Shown here: one piece after another, positions 43,708-54,154 of the stretch
How positions within the stretch are numbered: the first letter of the stretch is position 1
Layout of the letters: every line of letters starts with the position of its first letter
Source of the DNA: an uncultured Eubacteriales bacterium
GTDB taxonomy: Bacteria; Bacillota; Clostridia; Oscillospirales; Oscillospiraceae
NCBI GenBank assembly: GCA_900545805.1
Contig: URAL01000003.1
Span: 1,101 to 65,100, forward strand
Direction: 5' to 3'
Length of the DNA stretch: 64,000 bases
Made by a program: the position numbers and the translations under genes
Notes under the pieces: model-generated
The model's database searches: none
What the model was told of the DNA's origin: nothing
What the model saw: the letters and a program-made list of their open reading frames with translations, nothing else

Positions 43708-44944
43708 CAAAATATACGACAGCAAGATATTTTGGATGATCGTTTCGCTGCTGTTCTCACTTCTGATGTGGGTGTATGTGACAAGCCAGGATACAACAGA
43801 CAGAGATCTCACATTTACCGGAATACCAGTTGAATTTCAGGGGCAGGAAGAGCTTCTGAGCGAGCGCGATCTCTCTATTACCGATGTGAGTGCCGATTCT
43901 GTCAGCATTGTCGTAAAGGGAAACCGCAGTACGATATCAAAGCTAAAGGCATCGGATATAAAGGCCGTTATAGATGTCAGCAGCATAACAGCACCCAATA
44001 ATATGACATGGACCTATAAACTTGTTTTTCCCAACTACGTAAACGAGAATGAGATAAGCGTCGTCCGCAAAAACCCGGACACCATAAACTTCACTGTTAT
44101 AAAAAACAGTCGAAAGACAATAGATATAAAGGGCAGCTTTGAAGGCGCTGTCGCCGACGGCTGTGTAGCAGAGGAATTTGTTTTTGAGCCGAAAACGCTC
44201 ACGGTAGACGGCCCGGAGGATATCATAAACAAGATTGATCACGCTTGGGTCACCTTCGGCAAGGATCAGACTATAGATTCCGTATATATTGAGGAAGCCG
44301 AGTTTACTCTGCGTGACAAGAACGATAATGTCATCGATAAGACAGGGCTGCGTATATCAGAGGATACCGTGACCGCAACTCAGCCTATACTTAAAACTAA
44401 GGAAGTATCGCTCAGGGTGCAGCTCATATCAGGCGGAGGAATAACGGCAAGCGACTGCGATGTAAGCATTGACCCCAGCAGCATAAAGGTTGCCGGAGAC
44501 TCCAGGATCATTGACGAGCTGGAGAACATAGAGCTCGGTACGATAGATCTCTCATCCTTCAATAACGGTTATGAGCACACATTTGCGATCGTGCTTCCCG
44601 AGGGAGTACAGAATCTCACGGGAGTTTCCGATGCAAAGGTTACGATTGAGATAAACGGTACACACACTAAGACGTTTACAACGTCGAATATCGCCTGCAA
44701 GGGCGTAACGAGCGGATACCGTGCCAATATCGACACCAAGGAAATAGAGGTCACGCTTCGGGCACTCAGCCAGGATGCGCTCAACAGAATAAAACCGGAG
44801 GATATAACAGTAGTTGCCGATCTGTCCGATTACGGCGCGACAACGGGGCAGATTATCGTCAGCGCTAAGGTGACCGTCTCAGGTCACGAAAATGTCGGCG
44901 CCGTGGGTGAGGTAAAAGTGACTGTAACAATATACAAGGATTAA
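43682..44944 (+). CDS. cdaR: CdaA regulator CdaR (YbbR-domain protein)
   Basis: 420 aa with an N-terminal TM segment and repeated YbbR-like beta domains. It overlaps the cdaA end by 26 nt. Confidence 0.85.
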   Translation: MMEQKKRTNKIYDSKIFWMIVSLLFSLLMWVYVTSQDTTDRDLTFTGIPVEFQGQEELLSERDLSITDVSADSVSIVVKGNRSTISKLKASDIKAVIDVSSITAPNNMTWTYKLVFPNYVNENEISVVRKNPDTINFTVIKNSRKTIDIKGSFEGAVADGCVAEEFVFEPKTLTVDGPEDIINKIDHAWVTFGKDQTIDSVYIEEAEFTLRDKNDNVIDKTGLRISEDTVTATQPILKTKEVSLRVQLISGGGITASDCDVSIDPSSIKVAGDSRIIDELENIELGTIDLSSFNNGYEHTFAIVLPEGVQNLTGVSDAKVTIEINGTHTKTFTTSNIACKGVTSGYRANIDTKEIEVTLRALSQDALNRIKPEDITVVADLSDYGATTGQIIVSAKVTVSGHENVGAVGEVKVTVTIYKD

Positions 44945-44962
44945 GACAGGAGGTCTTTACTT

Positions 44963-45370
44963 ATGACTCAGGATGCGGTAGTCACCAAGGTGCTTCCGAA
45001 CGGTATGGCCGAGGTGGTCGTATCTCGCGGTACGGCATGCGGAAGCAACTGCGGCAATTGCGAAAGCTGTGTGTTCCAGAATGAGATCAAGACGTTTGCA
45101 AAAAATACGGTTCATGCGAGGCCTGGTGAAAAGGTAGTCATTGAAAGTCTTAGCTCCAGGATATTCGGAGCGGCATTTATTGTATATATCGTACCGATGC
45201 TGGTCTTTATTATCGGCTATGTCATTGCCGCCTCCTGCGGGCTGACCGAGGGCATGAGCGTGTTGTGCAGCTTTTTGGCCTTCTGCGCTGCGGTAGCCTG
45301 TGTTGTTGTGTATCAGCGCCGCAGTAAGAGAAAAAATCCGATAAAATTTGAAATCATACAGCTTCGTTGA
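44963..45370 (+). CDS. RseC/MucC family (SoxR-reducing system) membrane protein
   Basis: 135 aa with a beta-rich N-terminus carrying CGSNCGNCESC, followed by two TM helices. Confidence 0.7.
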   Translation: MTQDAVVTKVLPNGMAEVVVSRGTACGSNCGNCESCVFQNEIKTFAKNTVHARPGEKVVIESLSSRIFGAAFIVYIVPMLVFIIGYVIAASCGLTEGMSVLCSFLAFCAAVACVVVYQRRSKRKNPIKFEIIQLR

Positions 45371-45379
45371 GGTGATAAA

Positions 45380-46258
45380 ATGATAAAAAGCATGACCGGA
45401 TATGGCGGCGCCAGCGGCACTGTTGAGGGCATTGAAGTAAGCGTGGAGCTAAAAAGCGTTAATAACAAATTCCTTGATACATCGGTAAGGATACCGCGCA
45501 GCTTTCTATTTGCCGAGGAAACGATAAAGCAGGCTGTCAGCTCGCATATAAGCCGCGGTAAGGTAGATGTGTTCGTAACCGTCGACACATCGATGGCAGA
45601 CGATATGGTCGTCAGGGTAAATGAGCCGCTTCTCAAGGGTTATCTTGACGCGCTTAGCCTTATCTCGGACAAGTATGGCCTAACAAACGATATAAGCGTC
45701 ATGGGTGTGAGCCGTCTGCCCGACGTTCTTTCCGTTGAGAAAAAAGAGCTTGATGCGAATGCTGTGGCCGAGGGAATGCGCACGATAGCGGAGCAGGCGC
45801 TGTGCGATTTTGACCGTATGCGAATCGTCGAGGGCGAAAAGCTCAAGGCGGACGTTCTGTTAAAGCTCAAGAACATCGAAAGCTATGTTACGGTTATCGA
45901 AAAAAACTCTCCTCTTACGGTAAAGGAATATCGGGAAAAGCTGCTCGGCAAGCTTAACGAGGTTCTCGGCTCATCGGGAATAGACGAGTCACGGATACTT
46001 ACGGAGGCCGCAATATTTGCGGACAAAATCGCCGTTGACGAAGAGACCGTGCGTCTGCGCAGTCATATCTCACAGCTGCGTCAGATGCTCGAGACCGGCT
46101 CACCGATCGGACGAAAGATTGATTTTCTGCTTCAGGAGTTTAATCGCGAGGCAAATACGACTGGTTCAAAATGCCAGAATTCTGACATTGCACACGTTGT
46201 TGTCGAGCTCAAGTCCGAGATAGAGAAAATCCGTGAGCAGATTCAAAACATAGAGTGA
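45380..46258 (+). CDS. YicC/YloC family endoribonuclease
   Basis: MIKSMTGYG...[11 protein letters not shown] and a C-terminal [14 protein letters not shown]. Confidence 0.88.
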   Translation: MIKSMTGYGGASGTVEGIEVSVELKSVNNKFLDTSVRIPRSFLFAEETIKQAVSSHISRGKVDVFVTVDTSMADDMVVRVNEPLLKGYLDALSLISDKYGLTNDISVMGVSRLPDVLSVEKKELDANAVAEGMRTIAEQALCDFDRMRIVEGEKLKADVLLKLKNIESYVTVIEKNSPLTVKEYREKLLGKLNEVLGSSGIDESRILTEAAIFADKIAVDEETVRLRSHISQLRQMLETGSPIGRKIDFLLQEFNREANTTGSKCQNSDIAHVVVELKSEIEKIREQIQNIE

Positions 46259-46265
46259 GGCCGGT

Positions 46266-46526
46266 ATGACGCTCATAAATATCGGATTCGGAAACATGGT
46301 CAGCGCCGAGCGCGTTATCGCCATGGTAAGCCCTGAATCGGCGCCGATAAAGCGAATGATTCAGGATGCAAGAGACAGAGGACTTTTAATAGACGCATCC
46401 TTCGGCAGAAGCACGAGGGCAGCTCTAATTATGGACAGCGGAAATGTTATTCTATCCGCGCTCACGCCGGAGGTGCTGGCGGCGCGAATGTCAAACAAAA
46501 GTGAGGAAGGTGCAGCAAATGGCTAA
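46266..46526 (+). CDS. remA: extracellular matrix/biofilm regulator RemA (DUF370)
   Basis: [45 protein letters not shown]. Confidence 0.9.
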   Translation: MTLINIGFGNMVSAERVIAMVSPESAPIKRMIQDARDRGLLIDASFGRSTRAALIMDSGNVILSALTPEVLAARMSNKSEEGAANG

Positions 46527-47124
46527 TCAGAGAGGAAAGCTTATAGTTATATCCGGACCGTCCGGAGCAGGGAAGAGCACGGTTGTCTTTAAGGCGCTGG
46601 AAGGGCGCGAGGATGTATGCTTCTCAGTTTCCGCAACAACTAGGAAGCCCCGCCCCGGCGAGATAGACGGCAAGGAATACTTCTTTGTCGATCTTGACAA
46701 GTTCCGCGATATGGTCGCAAATGACGAATTTCTTGAGCATGCGGAGTATGTAGCGAACTCCTACGGTACGCCCAAAGCATATGTTGAGAAAAAGCTCAGC
46801 GAGGGCATGAACGTCCTGCTCGATATCGAGGTGCAGGGTGCTCTCCAGGTGCATCGGAAAATGCCCGAGGCTGTTATGGTGTTTATCATCCCGCCCTCCA
46901 TGAAGGAGCTTGAAAAACGCCTGCGCAGCAGAGGCACGGACTCCGAGCGTAAGATTGAAGCCCGCCTCATCCGCGCAAAAGAGGAGTATGCCGCAGCCGA
47001 TTTTTATGACTATATTATAATAAACGACGACGCCGATAAGGCCGCCAAGGAATTTTCGGCAATAATCACGGCTGAGTATTGCAGATATGACCTTAGAAAA
47101 AACTATTTAAGTGAGGTAGACTGA
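46519..47124 (+). CDS. gmk: guanylate kinase
   Basis: [25 protein letters not shown] and the MANQRGK start. It overlaps the remA end by 8 nt. Confidence 0.93.
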   Translation: MANQRGKLIVISGPSGAGKSTVVFKALEGREDVCFSVSATTRKPRPGEIDGKEYFFVDLDKFRDMVANDEFLEHAEYVANSYGTPKAYVEKKLSEGMNVLLDIEVQGALQVHRKMPEAVMVFIIPPSMKELEKRLRSRGTDSERKIEARLIRAKEEYAAADFYDYIIINDDADKAAKEFSAIITAEYCRYDLRKNYLSEVD

Positions 47125-47126
47125 CC

Positions 47127-47318
47127 ATGATGCTTTATCCCCCTGTTGCCGAGCTTGTGAGCAAGACCGGCAACCGCTATCAGCTTGTAAATCTTGTTGC
47201 AAGAAGAGCTCGCCAGATATCAGCGGCAGCCGAGGAAGAGGGAATAATCCTCGATAAAAAGCCCGTTTCCGAAGCAATAGACGAGGTGTATACCGGCAAG
47301 CTTACCATAGAAAAATAA
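47127..47318 (+). CDS. rpoZ: DNA-directed RNA polymerase subunit omega
   Basis: 63 aa with NRYQLVNLVARRARQI. Confidence 0.9.
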   Translation: MMLYPPVAELVSKTGNRYQLVNLVARRARQISAAAEEEGIILDKKPVSEAIDEVYTGKLTIEK

Positions 47319-47323
47319 CTGAC

Positions 47324-47352
47324 AGCGGAGCTGTATTGCTCCGCTTGATTTT
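47324..47352 (+). terminator. weak terminator or attenuator hairpin after rpoZ
   Basis: Stem AGCGGAGC/GCTCCGCT with loop TGTATT, followed by TGATTTTG. Confidence 0.45.
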
Positions 47353-47370
47353 GCTTAAAGGCGGTGGGAC

Positions 47371-49623
47371 ATGTCTGAAAATCGCATAGCAAAAATAGCG
47401 GTCTCCGCCGCAAATTACAGCCTGGACAAGCCCTATGACTATCTGATCCCGGACAGCATGGCGGACAGCGTCGTTCCGGGAATGCGGGTTACCGTTCCGT
47501 TTTCACGCGGCAATCGCCGCAGCGAAGGAATCGTACTGGGGCTTGCTGATAGAAGCGAATGCGAAAAGCTCAAGCCTGTCGAGTCATGCCTTGATAAAGA
47601 GCCCATGCTCACGCGGGCGCAACTGAAGCTTGCCCTCTGGATGCATGACCGGCTGTTCTGTACGGTATATGAGGCTGTGAGAGCGATTCTGCCTGCCGGA
47701 TGCTGGTTTGACACTGTCGGTGCGCGGCGCGTAAACGACAAAATGTGTGAAATGATCGACCTTGCCGTCGATGCCGGGGAGGCGTTTGCTCTTGCGCAGA
47801 CAAAACGCAAGAAAGCACCGATGCAGGCATCGCTGCTTGAGCTGTTGTGTTCAACAGGAAGAGTCTCGGCACGTGAAGCGCTGCATTTTACGGGTGCGTC
47901 GCGGCAATCGCTCAACGCGCTTATAAACGCGGGACTTGTGACTACAGAGCTGGAGGAGGTCTTCCGCCGGCCTGAGATTTGGACGGGCAAGCTGAAGGCC
48001 CTGCCCACACTCAATCTTGAACAAAGTACTGCTTATGTCGGACTTAAAGGCTTGCTTGACGAGCCCTGTCCGGAGGCTGCGCTTTTATACGGCGTCACCG
48101 GAAGCGGTAAGACCTCTGTATATATCCGACTCATAAACGATACGATAAAAAGCGGGAAAAGCGCTATCCTTTTAGTACCGGAAATAGCTCTCACCCCACA
48201 GATGATACGGACATTTTCCGAATACTTCGGCAACGATGTTGCCATACTGCACAGCAGTCTCGGTATCGGCGAGCGCTATGACGAGTGGAAGCGCATAAAA
48301 AACGGCTCGGCAAAGCTCGCCATCGGCACGCGCAGCGCAGTTTTCGCTCCCTTTGAAAACCTTGGGCTTATAATCATGGACGAGGAGCAGGAGGACAGCT
48401 ATAAGTCTGAAAGCTCTCCGCGATATCACGCACGCGACATTGCAAAATACCGCTGTGCGAAAACAAATTCTCTGCTGCTGCTGGGTTCGGCAACGCCCGA
48501 TATAGAAAGCCGTTATGCAGCCGAGACAGGAACGTATAAATTCTTCGAGCTTCACGAGCGATATAACGCAATGCAGCTCCCCGCGGTCGAAATAGTCGAT
48601 ATGAAGAGTGAACTCAAGGCCGGAAACGGCAGTGAGCTAAGCTCCCGCCTACGCGCCGAACTTGAGGAGAATATCTCCCGAGGCGAGCAGAGCATATTAT
48701 TCATAAACCGTCGCGGAGCCAATAAGCTCATATGCTGCGGCGATTGCGGATATGTATATAAATGCCCGAATTGCAGCGTTTCGCTGACATATCACAGCGC
48801 AAATAAGCGCCTTATGTGCCACTACTGCGGCTATACGCGTAAGGCGGACAGCCGCTGTCCAGATTGCGGAGGAATGCTCACGTTCATCGGCGCGGGCACG
48901 CAGCTTGTTGAGGATGAGCTTCGTAGGCTGTATCCCGATACAGGTATTCTGCGTATGGATACGGATACGGTCAAGGCCGCTGGCAGCCATGATGCGCTGC
49001 TCGGCAGGTTTAAAAACGAAAAGATACCCATAATGGTCGGTACGCAAATGGTCACCAAGGGGCTCAACTTTGAAAATGTAACGCTCATCGGCGTTATCTC
49101 GGCCGATCAGAGCCTGTACTGCGGCGATTACCGCTCGGGTGAGCGGACATTTTCGCTCATAACTCAGGTCATCGGACGCAGCGGAAGGGGCAGCAAGCCC
49201 GGCCGGGCGATCATCCAGACCTTCACTCCGCAAAATGAGCTGATTCGCCTTGCCGCTGCTCAGGACTATGACGGCTTTTATAAAACAGAGCTCAGCCTGC
49301 GCAGACTGCAAAACACTCCGCCTTTTGCAGATATCATTGCTATAACGGCCTCGGGCACGGTCGAAAGCACAGTTATTAAATGCTGCTCTGACATATGCAG
49401 AGTGCTGAAAGCATCTACAGGTGCGCGATGCGATGTACGCATACTCGGACCGGCTCCGCTGCCGGTAGTAAGGGTAAACAACAGATACAGATACAGAGTA
49501 AATATATGCTGCAAGGCCGATAAGCAGCTGCGCGAGCTTGTCTCGTCGGTGCTCATCCGCTGCGCGAGATCAGGTAAATACAGAAGTGTCAGCGTCTTTG
49601 CTGACAACAACCCTTCCGATTAG
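47371..49623 (+). CDS. priA: primosomal replication protein N' (PriA helicase)
   Basis: 750 aa with Walker A GVTGSGKT, DEEQ, and zinc-binding CxxC pairs (CGDCG...CPNC...CHYCG...CPDCG). Confidence 0.93.
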   Translation: MSENRIAKIAVSAANYSLDKPYDYLIPDSMADSVVPGMRVTVPFSRGNRRSEGIVLGLADRSECEKLKPVESCLDKEPMLTRAQLKLALWMHDRLFCTVYEAVRAILPAGCWFDTVGARRVNDKMCEMIDLAVDAGEAFALAQTKRKKAPMQASLLELLCSTGRVSAREALHFTGASRQSLNALINAGLVTTELEEVFRRPEIWTGKLKALPTLNLEQSTAYVGLKGLLDEPCPEAALLYGVTGSGKTSVYIRLINDTIKSGKSAILLVPEIALTPQMIRTFSEYFGNDVAILHSSLGIGERYDEWKRIKNGSAKLAIGTRSAVFAPFENLGLIIMDEEQEDSYKSESSPRYHARDIAKYRCAKTNSLLLLGSATPDIESRYAAETGTYKFFELHERYNAMQLPAVEIVDMKSELKAGNGSELSSRLRAELEENISRGEQSILFINRRGANKLICCGDCGYVYKCPNCSVSLTYHSANKRLMCHYCGYTRKADSRCPDCGGMLTFIGAGTQLVEDELRRLYPDTGILRMDTDTVKAAGSHDALLGRFKNEKIPIMVGTQMVTKGLNFENVTLIGVISADQSLYCGDYRSGERTFSLITQVIGRSGRGSKPGRAIIQTFTPQNELIRLAAAQDYDGFYKTELSLRRLQNTPPFADIIAITASGTVESTVIKCCSDICRVLKASTGARCDVRILGPAPLPVVRVNNRYRYRVNICCKADKQLRELVSSVLIRCARSGKYRSVSVFADNNPSD

Positions 49624-49632
49624 GAGAAAATT

Positions 49633-50136
49633 ATGGCACTTAGACACATAGTGACCCAAGAGGATAAAATACTTCATAAGGTCTGCCGCGAGCAGGTCAA
49701 ATTTGATGAACGGCTTCATCAGCTTCTTGACGATATGGCCGAAACGCTTGAAAACGCAAACGGTGTCGGCCTTGCCGCGCCCCAGGTGGGCATACTTCGC
49801 CGCGTCGTTCTTGTTATCGAAACAAATGTTGAGGATGAGGAGGACGAGGAGATAATTGAGCTCATTAACCCCGTCATTGTGAAAACTGAGGGTGAGCAGG
49901 TCGGCGCTGAGGGCTGCCTGAGTGTGCCCGGCGAGTACGGCATAGTCCGCCGCCCGTCGTGCGTAACAGTCCGCGCTCAGGACAGGAACGGCAACTGGTT
50001 TGAATACACCGGCACGGGGCTCACCGCAAGATGTATATGTCACGAGCTTGACCATCTCGACGGGCATCTTTTCACCGAAAAGGTCGAGCGTATGCTGTCT
50101 GAAGAAGAACTGAAGAAAAGCGGAAGCGAGGATTGA
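49633..50136 (+). CDS. def: peptide deformylase
   Basis: GVGLAAPQVG, EGCLSVPG and HELDHLDG. Confidence 0.95.
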   Translation: MALRHIVTQEDKILHKVCREQVKFDERLHQLLDDMAETLENANGVGLAAPQVGILRRVVLVIETNVEDEEDEEIIELINPVIVKTEGEQVGAEGCLSVPGEYGIVRRPSCVTVRAQDRNGNWFEYTGTGLTARCICHELDHLDGHLFTEKVERMLSEEELKKSGSED

Positions 50137-50138
50137 GC

Positions 50139-51059
50139 ATGCGTATAGTTTTTATGGGCACGCCGGACTTTGCCGCTGCTTCACTGAAAAAGCTCATAGA
50201 TGAAAAATACGACATTGTCGGCGTATTTACTCAGCCGGACAAGCCGCGTGACCGAGGCATGAAGCTGTCGTTCAGTCCTGTCAAGGCGCTCGCTTTGGAG
50301 CATGATATTCCCGTTTATCAGCCTACAAAGCTGCGTGACGGAACGGCGACCGAGCTTATAAGAAAACTTGAGCCAGATATTCTTGTTGTAGTTGCCTATG
50401 GCCGCATCCTGCCTGAGGACATGCTCGCAGTGCCGAAATACGGCGCGATAAATGTCCACGCGTCGCTTCTGCCCAAGTACCGTGGCGCTGCTCCCATCCA
50501 GTGGGCGGTATTAAACGGCGATAAGATAACCGGCGTTACGACTATGTACCTTGCCTCGGAGATGGACACCGGCGATATAATCTACACAGCCGAAACCGAG
50601 ATCGGAGAGTTTGAGACCTCTGGAGAGCTGTTTGACAGGCTCATGGTCATGGGCGCGGAGCTTTTGGACAAGACCCTGCGCGATATCGACGCCGGAGCAG
50701 CGCCCAGAACGCCGCAGGATCACAGCAAAGCAAGCTACGTGAAAATGCTTGATAAGAGCTTAAGCCCCATTGACTGGGCAAAAACTCCGCGTGAGATCGT
50801 TAAGCATATCTACGGACTTCAGCCATGGCCTGTGGCAACAGCGGAGCTTGACGGAAAGCTATTTAAAATATATTCCGCCGAATACACTCGGACAAAAACC
50901 GCAAAAGCCCCCGGCAGCGTATTAAGCGCCGGAAAGCAGGGCATAGAGGTTGCCTGCCTCGGCGGAGAAACGATTCTTATTACCGAGCTTCAGGCAGCCG
51001 GTAAAAAGCGAATGAAAGCGTCCGACTATCTGCTCGGGCATCCCATAAAGGTGGACTAA
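50139..51059 (+). CDS. fmt: methionyl-tRNA formyltransferase
   Basis: MRIVFMGTPDFA and HASLLPKYRGAAPIQ. The ORF-track TTG at 50133 is 2 codons upstream. Confidence 0.93.
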   Translation: MRIVFMGTPDFAAASLKKLIDEKYDIVGVFTQPDKPRDRGMKLSFSPVKALALEHDIPVYQPTKLRDGTATELIRKLEPDILVVVAYGRILPEDMLAVPKYGAINVHASLLPKYRGAAPIQWAVLNGDKITGVTTMYLASEMDTGDIIYTAETEIGEFETSGELFDRLMVMGAELLDKTLRDIDAGAAPRTPQDHSKASYVKMLDKSLSPIDWAKTPREIVKHIYGLQPWPVATAELDGKLFKIYSAEYTRTKTAKAPGSVLSAGKQGIEVACLGGETILITELQAAGKKRMKASDYLLGHPIKVD

Positions 51060-51062
51060 GCA

Positions 51063-52370
51063 TTGGATAAAGCAAGGCAGGCCGCAGTTTTTGCACTCGA
51101 GAGAGTCAGACGCGACGGCGCATGGTCATCAGCGCTCGGTGACGCGATGAGAATAAAATTCGGACTAGATCCGCGCTCGCTGGCGCTGGCCGAGAGTATA
51201 TGCCTCGGCGTTATGCAAAACACCGCGCTTCTCGACTATTATATTGATCTGTACAGCAAGTCCTCGTCGAAGATCGAGCCTAAGGTACGGGATATAATGC
51301 GTTCAGGCGCATATCAGCTGCTTTTTATGGATAAGATACCGGCTTCGGCCGCTGTAAACGAATCGGTTGCGCTGTGTAAAAAGCTCGGCTATTCAAGGGC
51401 GACTGGCTTTTGCAACGCCGTTTTGAGAAAGCTTGCGGCCGATAAGGTGCAGCTGCCCGATATCCCGGGAGAAGGCGCGGCCGAGTATCTTTCGGTCAAA
51501 TACAGCCATCCGCTATGGCTTGTGCAATATATTATCTCACGCCGAGGCTATGACTCGGCCGAGGCGTTCTTTGCGGCCAACAACATGATACCCGACACCT
51601 GCCTTCAGGTGAACACACTGAAAACATCAACTCAGAAGCTTTTGGCTCGTCTAAGAGACTCCGGTGCAGAATGTGCGGAGCATCCGTGGCTGCCGGACTG
51701 CATTATTGCCACCGGAAGAATAAGCACGATGGTCGGCTTTGACGAGGGGCTGTTTTATGTTCAGGACCCTGCCGCAAAGTGCGCGGTGCTGGCTGCAGAC
51801 TTGAAGCCGGGCATGGATGTTCTTGACGCATGCGCAGCTCCCGGCGGGAAAAGCTTTGCCGCGGCTATCGCCATGAAAAATAAGGGGCGCATTGATTCCT
51901 GTGATCTTCACGACAAGAAGATAGGTCTGATTAAAGATGGGGCACAGCGCCTTGGTATAGATATAATAAATGCGTTCCCGCACGATGCGAGAGCACACTT
52001 GGACAGACTGTATGACGCTGTTATCTGCGATGTTCCGTGCTCAGGCTACGGCGTTATCCGTAAAAAGCCTGAGATAAGATATAGGCCGCAGACGGACTGT
52101 ACGGCTATGCCGCCGATTCAAACGGCGATACTCAAAAACACTTCAAAATATGTAAAATCAGGCGGACTGATAATATACTCGACCTGCACAGTTATGCAGG
52201 AAGAAAACGAAGGTGTTGTGCGCCAATTTTTATGCGATCACCCTGAGTTTTCCGCCGAGAGCTTTACGCTGCCCAACGGTGAAACAGCCGATAAGGGATA
52301 TATCACATTTTGGCCGGATATTCACGGAACGGATGGATTTTTTGTCTGCAAGCTGAGGAGAAATAAATGA
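51063..52370 (+). CDS. rsmB: 16S rRNA (cytosine967-C5)-methyltransferase
   Basis: NusB-like N-terminal domain, the SAM motif DACAAPGGKS and the catalytic PCSG/TCT motifs. The start is TTG, as in the ORF track. Confidence 0.88.
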   Translation: MDKARQAAVFALERVRRDGAWSSALGDAMRIKFGLDPRSLALAESICLGVMQNTALLDYYIDLYSKSSSKIEPKVRDIMRSGAYQLLFMDKIPASAAVNESVALCKKLGYSRATGFCNAVLRKLAADKVQLPDIPGEGAAEYLSVKYSHPLWLVQYIISRRGYDSAEAFFAANNMIPDTCLQVNTLKTSTQKLLARLRDSGAECAEHPWLPDCIIATGRISTMVGFDEGLFYVQDPAAKCAVLAADLKPGMDVLDACAAPGGKSFAAAIAMKNKGRIDSCDLHDKKIGLIKDGAQRLGIDIINAFPHDARAHLDRLYDAVICDVPCSGYGVIRKKPEIRYRPQTDCTAMPPIQTAILKNTSKYVKSGGLIIYSTCTVMQEENEGVVRQFLCDHPEFSAESFTLPNGETADKGYITFWPDIHGTDGFFVCKLRRNK

Positions 52371-53401
52371 AAAACCTTAGGAGCATGCTCCCAAATGAGA
52401 TAGAGCAGCTGCTCACGGAGCTCGGAGAGCCTAAATACCGCGCAAAGCAGGTGTTCAAATGGCTCGGCAGGGGAATAGGCTCGATAGATGAAATGAGCGA
52501 TATTCCAAAATCCCTGCGCGAAAAGCTAAAAATGGAATACACCGTTTATAAGCCGAAGGTGCTCAGCAAGCAGGTATCGAAAATTGACGGCACAATAAAA
52601 TATCTCTGGGAGCTTTACGACGGGAACGCGGTCGAGACTGTTGTGATGAGCTATAAGCACGGAAACACCGTGTGCGTATCAACTCAGGTCGGCTGCCGCC
52701 AGGGCTGTGCGTTCTGCGCGTCTACCATCGGCGGACTTGTCAGATGCCTTGAGCCGAATGAGATACTTGAGGAGGTCATGTTCTCGCAGCTCGACTCGGG
52801 AAAGCAGATATCAAACATTGTCCTCATGGGCATAGGAGAGCCGCTCGATAACTTTGACAATGTCGTCAAGTTCCTTGAGCTTGTAAATCATCCCGACGGC
52901 ATGAATATAGGCATGCGTCATATTTCACTCTCGACCTGCGGAATAACAGAAATGTTTGACAAACTGGCAGAGCTTAATTTACAATTGACCTTATCGGTAT
53001 CCCTGCACGCTCCCGATGACGAGACCCGCTCAAGGATAATGCCCGCAAATCATGGCAGAGGAGTGGACGAGCTCATGGAGTGCTGCCGCCGTTATTATGA
53101 AAAAACAGGCCGGAGGATATCGTTTGAATATATTATGATAGACGGCGTGAACGATAAGCAGTACCACGCAGAGCTGCTGTCCAAGCGCGCAAGGTATGTT
53201 GGAGCGCATGTCAACCTCATACCGATGAATTACGTTGAGGAAAGCCGTTTTAAGCCCTCGACTCAGGGGCATATCAAGGCCTTTGTAAAGGTTTTGGAGG
53301 ATAACGGCGTTAATGTTACGGTCCGCCGCAGGCTCGGCGGAGATGTTGAAGCCTCCTGCGGCCAGCTCCGCAGAAAAATGCAGAAGGGCAATCAGAAATA
53401 A
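52367..53401 (+). CDS. rlmN: 23S rRNA (adenine2503-C2)-methyltransferase
   Basis: YRAKQVFKW, the radical SAM CRQGCAFC, and GEPLDN. Confidence 0.93.
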   Translation: MKNLRSMLPNEIEQLLTELGEPKYRAKQVFKWLGRGIGSIDEMSDIPKSLREKLKMEYTVYKPKVLSKQVSKIDGTIKYLWELYDGNAVETVVMSYKHGNTVCVSTQVGCRQGCAFCASTIGGLVRCLEPNEILEEVMFSQLDSGKQISNIVLMGIGEPLDNFDNVVKFLELVNHPDGMNIGMRHISLSTCGITEMFDKLAELNLQLTLSVSLHAPDDETRSRIMPANHGRGVDELMECCRRYYEKTGRRISFEYIMIDGVNDKQYHAELLSKRARYVGAHVNLIPMNYVEESRFKPSTQGHIKAFVKVLEDNGVNVTVRRRLGGDVEASCGQLRRKMQKGNQK

Positions 53402-54138
53402 TGAAAAGTTTCGGCATAACTGACAAGGGTAAGGTCAGAAGAGAAAATCAGGACAGCTACATCATTGAAAATTGCGACAAGCGCAAGTGCGTCATAGCAG
53501 TCATATGTGACGGTATGGGCGGCGCAAAGGCCGGTGACCTCGCAAGCCGGCTCTCAAGCAAGGAGTTTGTCAGCAGAGTGTATGAAAGCCTTGTCGCGCC
53601 GCACCTTATAATGGGAAGTCACGAAAAGCTCCTGCGGGACAGCTGCGCCGACGCAAACGGCGTTGTCTATGAATATTCACGCTTCGACGCAAACTATAAC
53701 GGAATGGGCACCACTCTCATAGGCGGTATAATAACCCGCCGGAAGGCCTGCCTCGTCAATGTCGGCGACAGCAGAGCCTATTACCTGTCAAGAGATGAGA
53801 TAAGACAGATAAGCCGCGACCATTCGTATGTCGAGGAGCTTGTCGCAATGGGCGCCATAACAAAGGAAGATGCCGCCAATCACCCTAAGAAAAATATCAT
53901 CACACGAGCTCTCGGCGTAGATGCGTCTGTAGAGTCGGATTATTTCGAGTGTCCTCTCCATAAGGGAGACGGTATTCTGCTGTGCTCAGATGGTCTGAGC
54001 AACATGGTCAGCGATAAGGAAGTACACGATCACTTCAGGGAAAACGCGCTGCCGAAGGATGTCTGCTCCAAGCTCATGGAGCTTGCGCTTGCGCGCGGAG
54101 CGAGAGACAATGTTTCTATTGTTTTAATCAAGACTTGA
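53401..54138 (+). CDS. PP2C-family Ser/Thr protein phosphatase (Stp/PrpC)
   Basis: TDKGKVRRENQDS, DGMGG, VGDSRAY and DNVS. Confidence 0.9.
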   Translation: MKSFGITDKGKVRRENQDSYIIENCDKRKCVIAVICDGMGGAKAGDLASRLSSKEFVSRVYESLVAPHLIMGSHEKLLRDSCADANGVVYEYSRFDANYNGMGTTLIGGIITRRKACLVNVGDSRAYYLSRDEIRQISRDHSYVEELVAMGAITKEDAANHPKKNIITRALGVDASVESDYFECPLHKGDGILLCSDGLSNMVSDKEVHDHFRENALPKDVCSKLMELALARGARDNVSIVLIKT

Positions 54139-54154
54139 TATCAAAGGTGCTATT

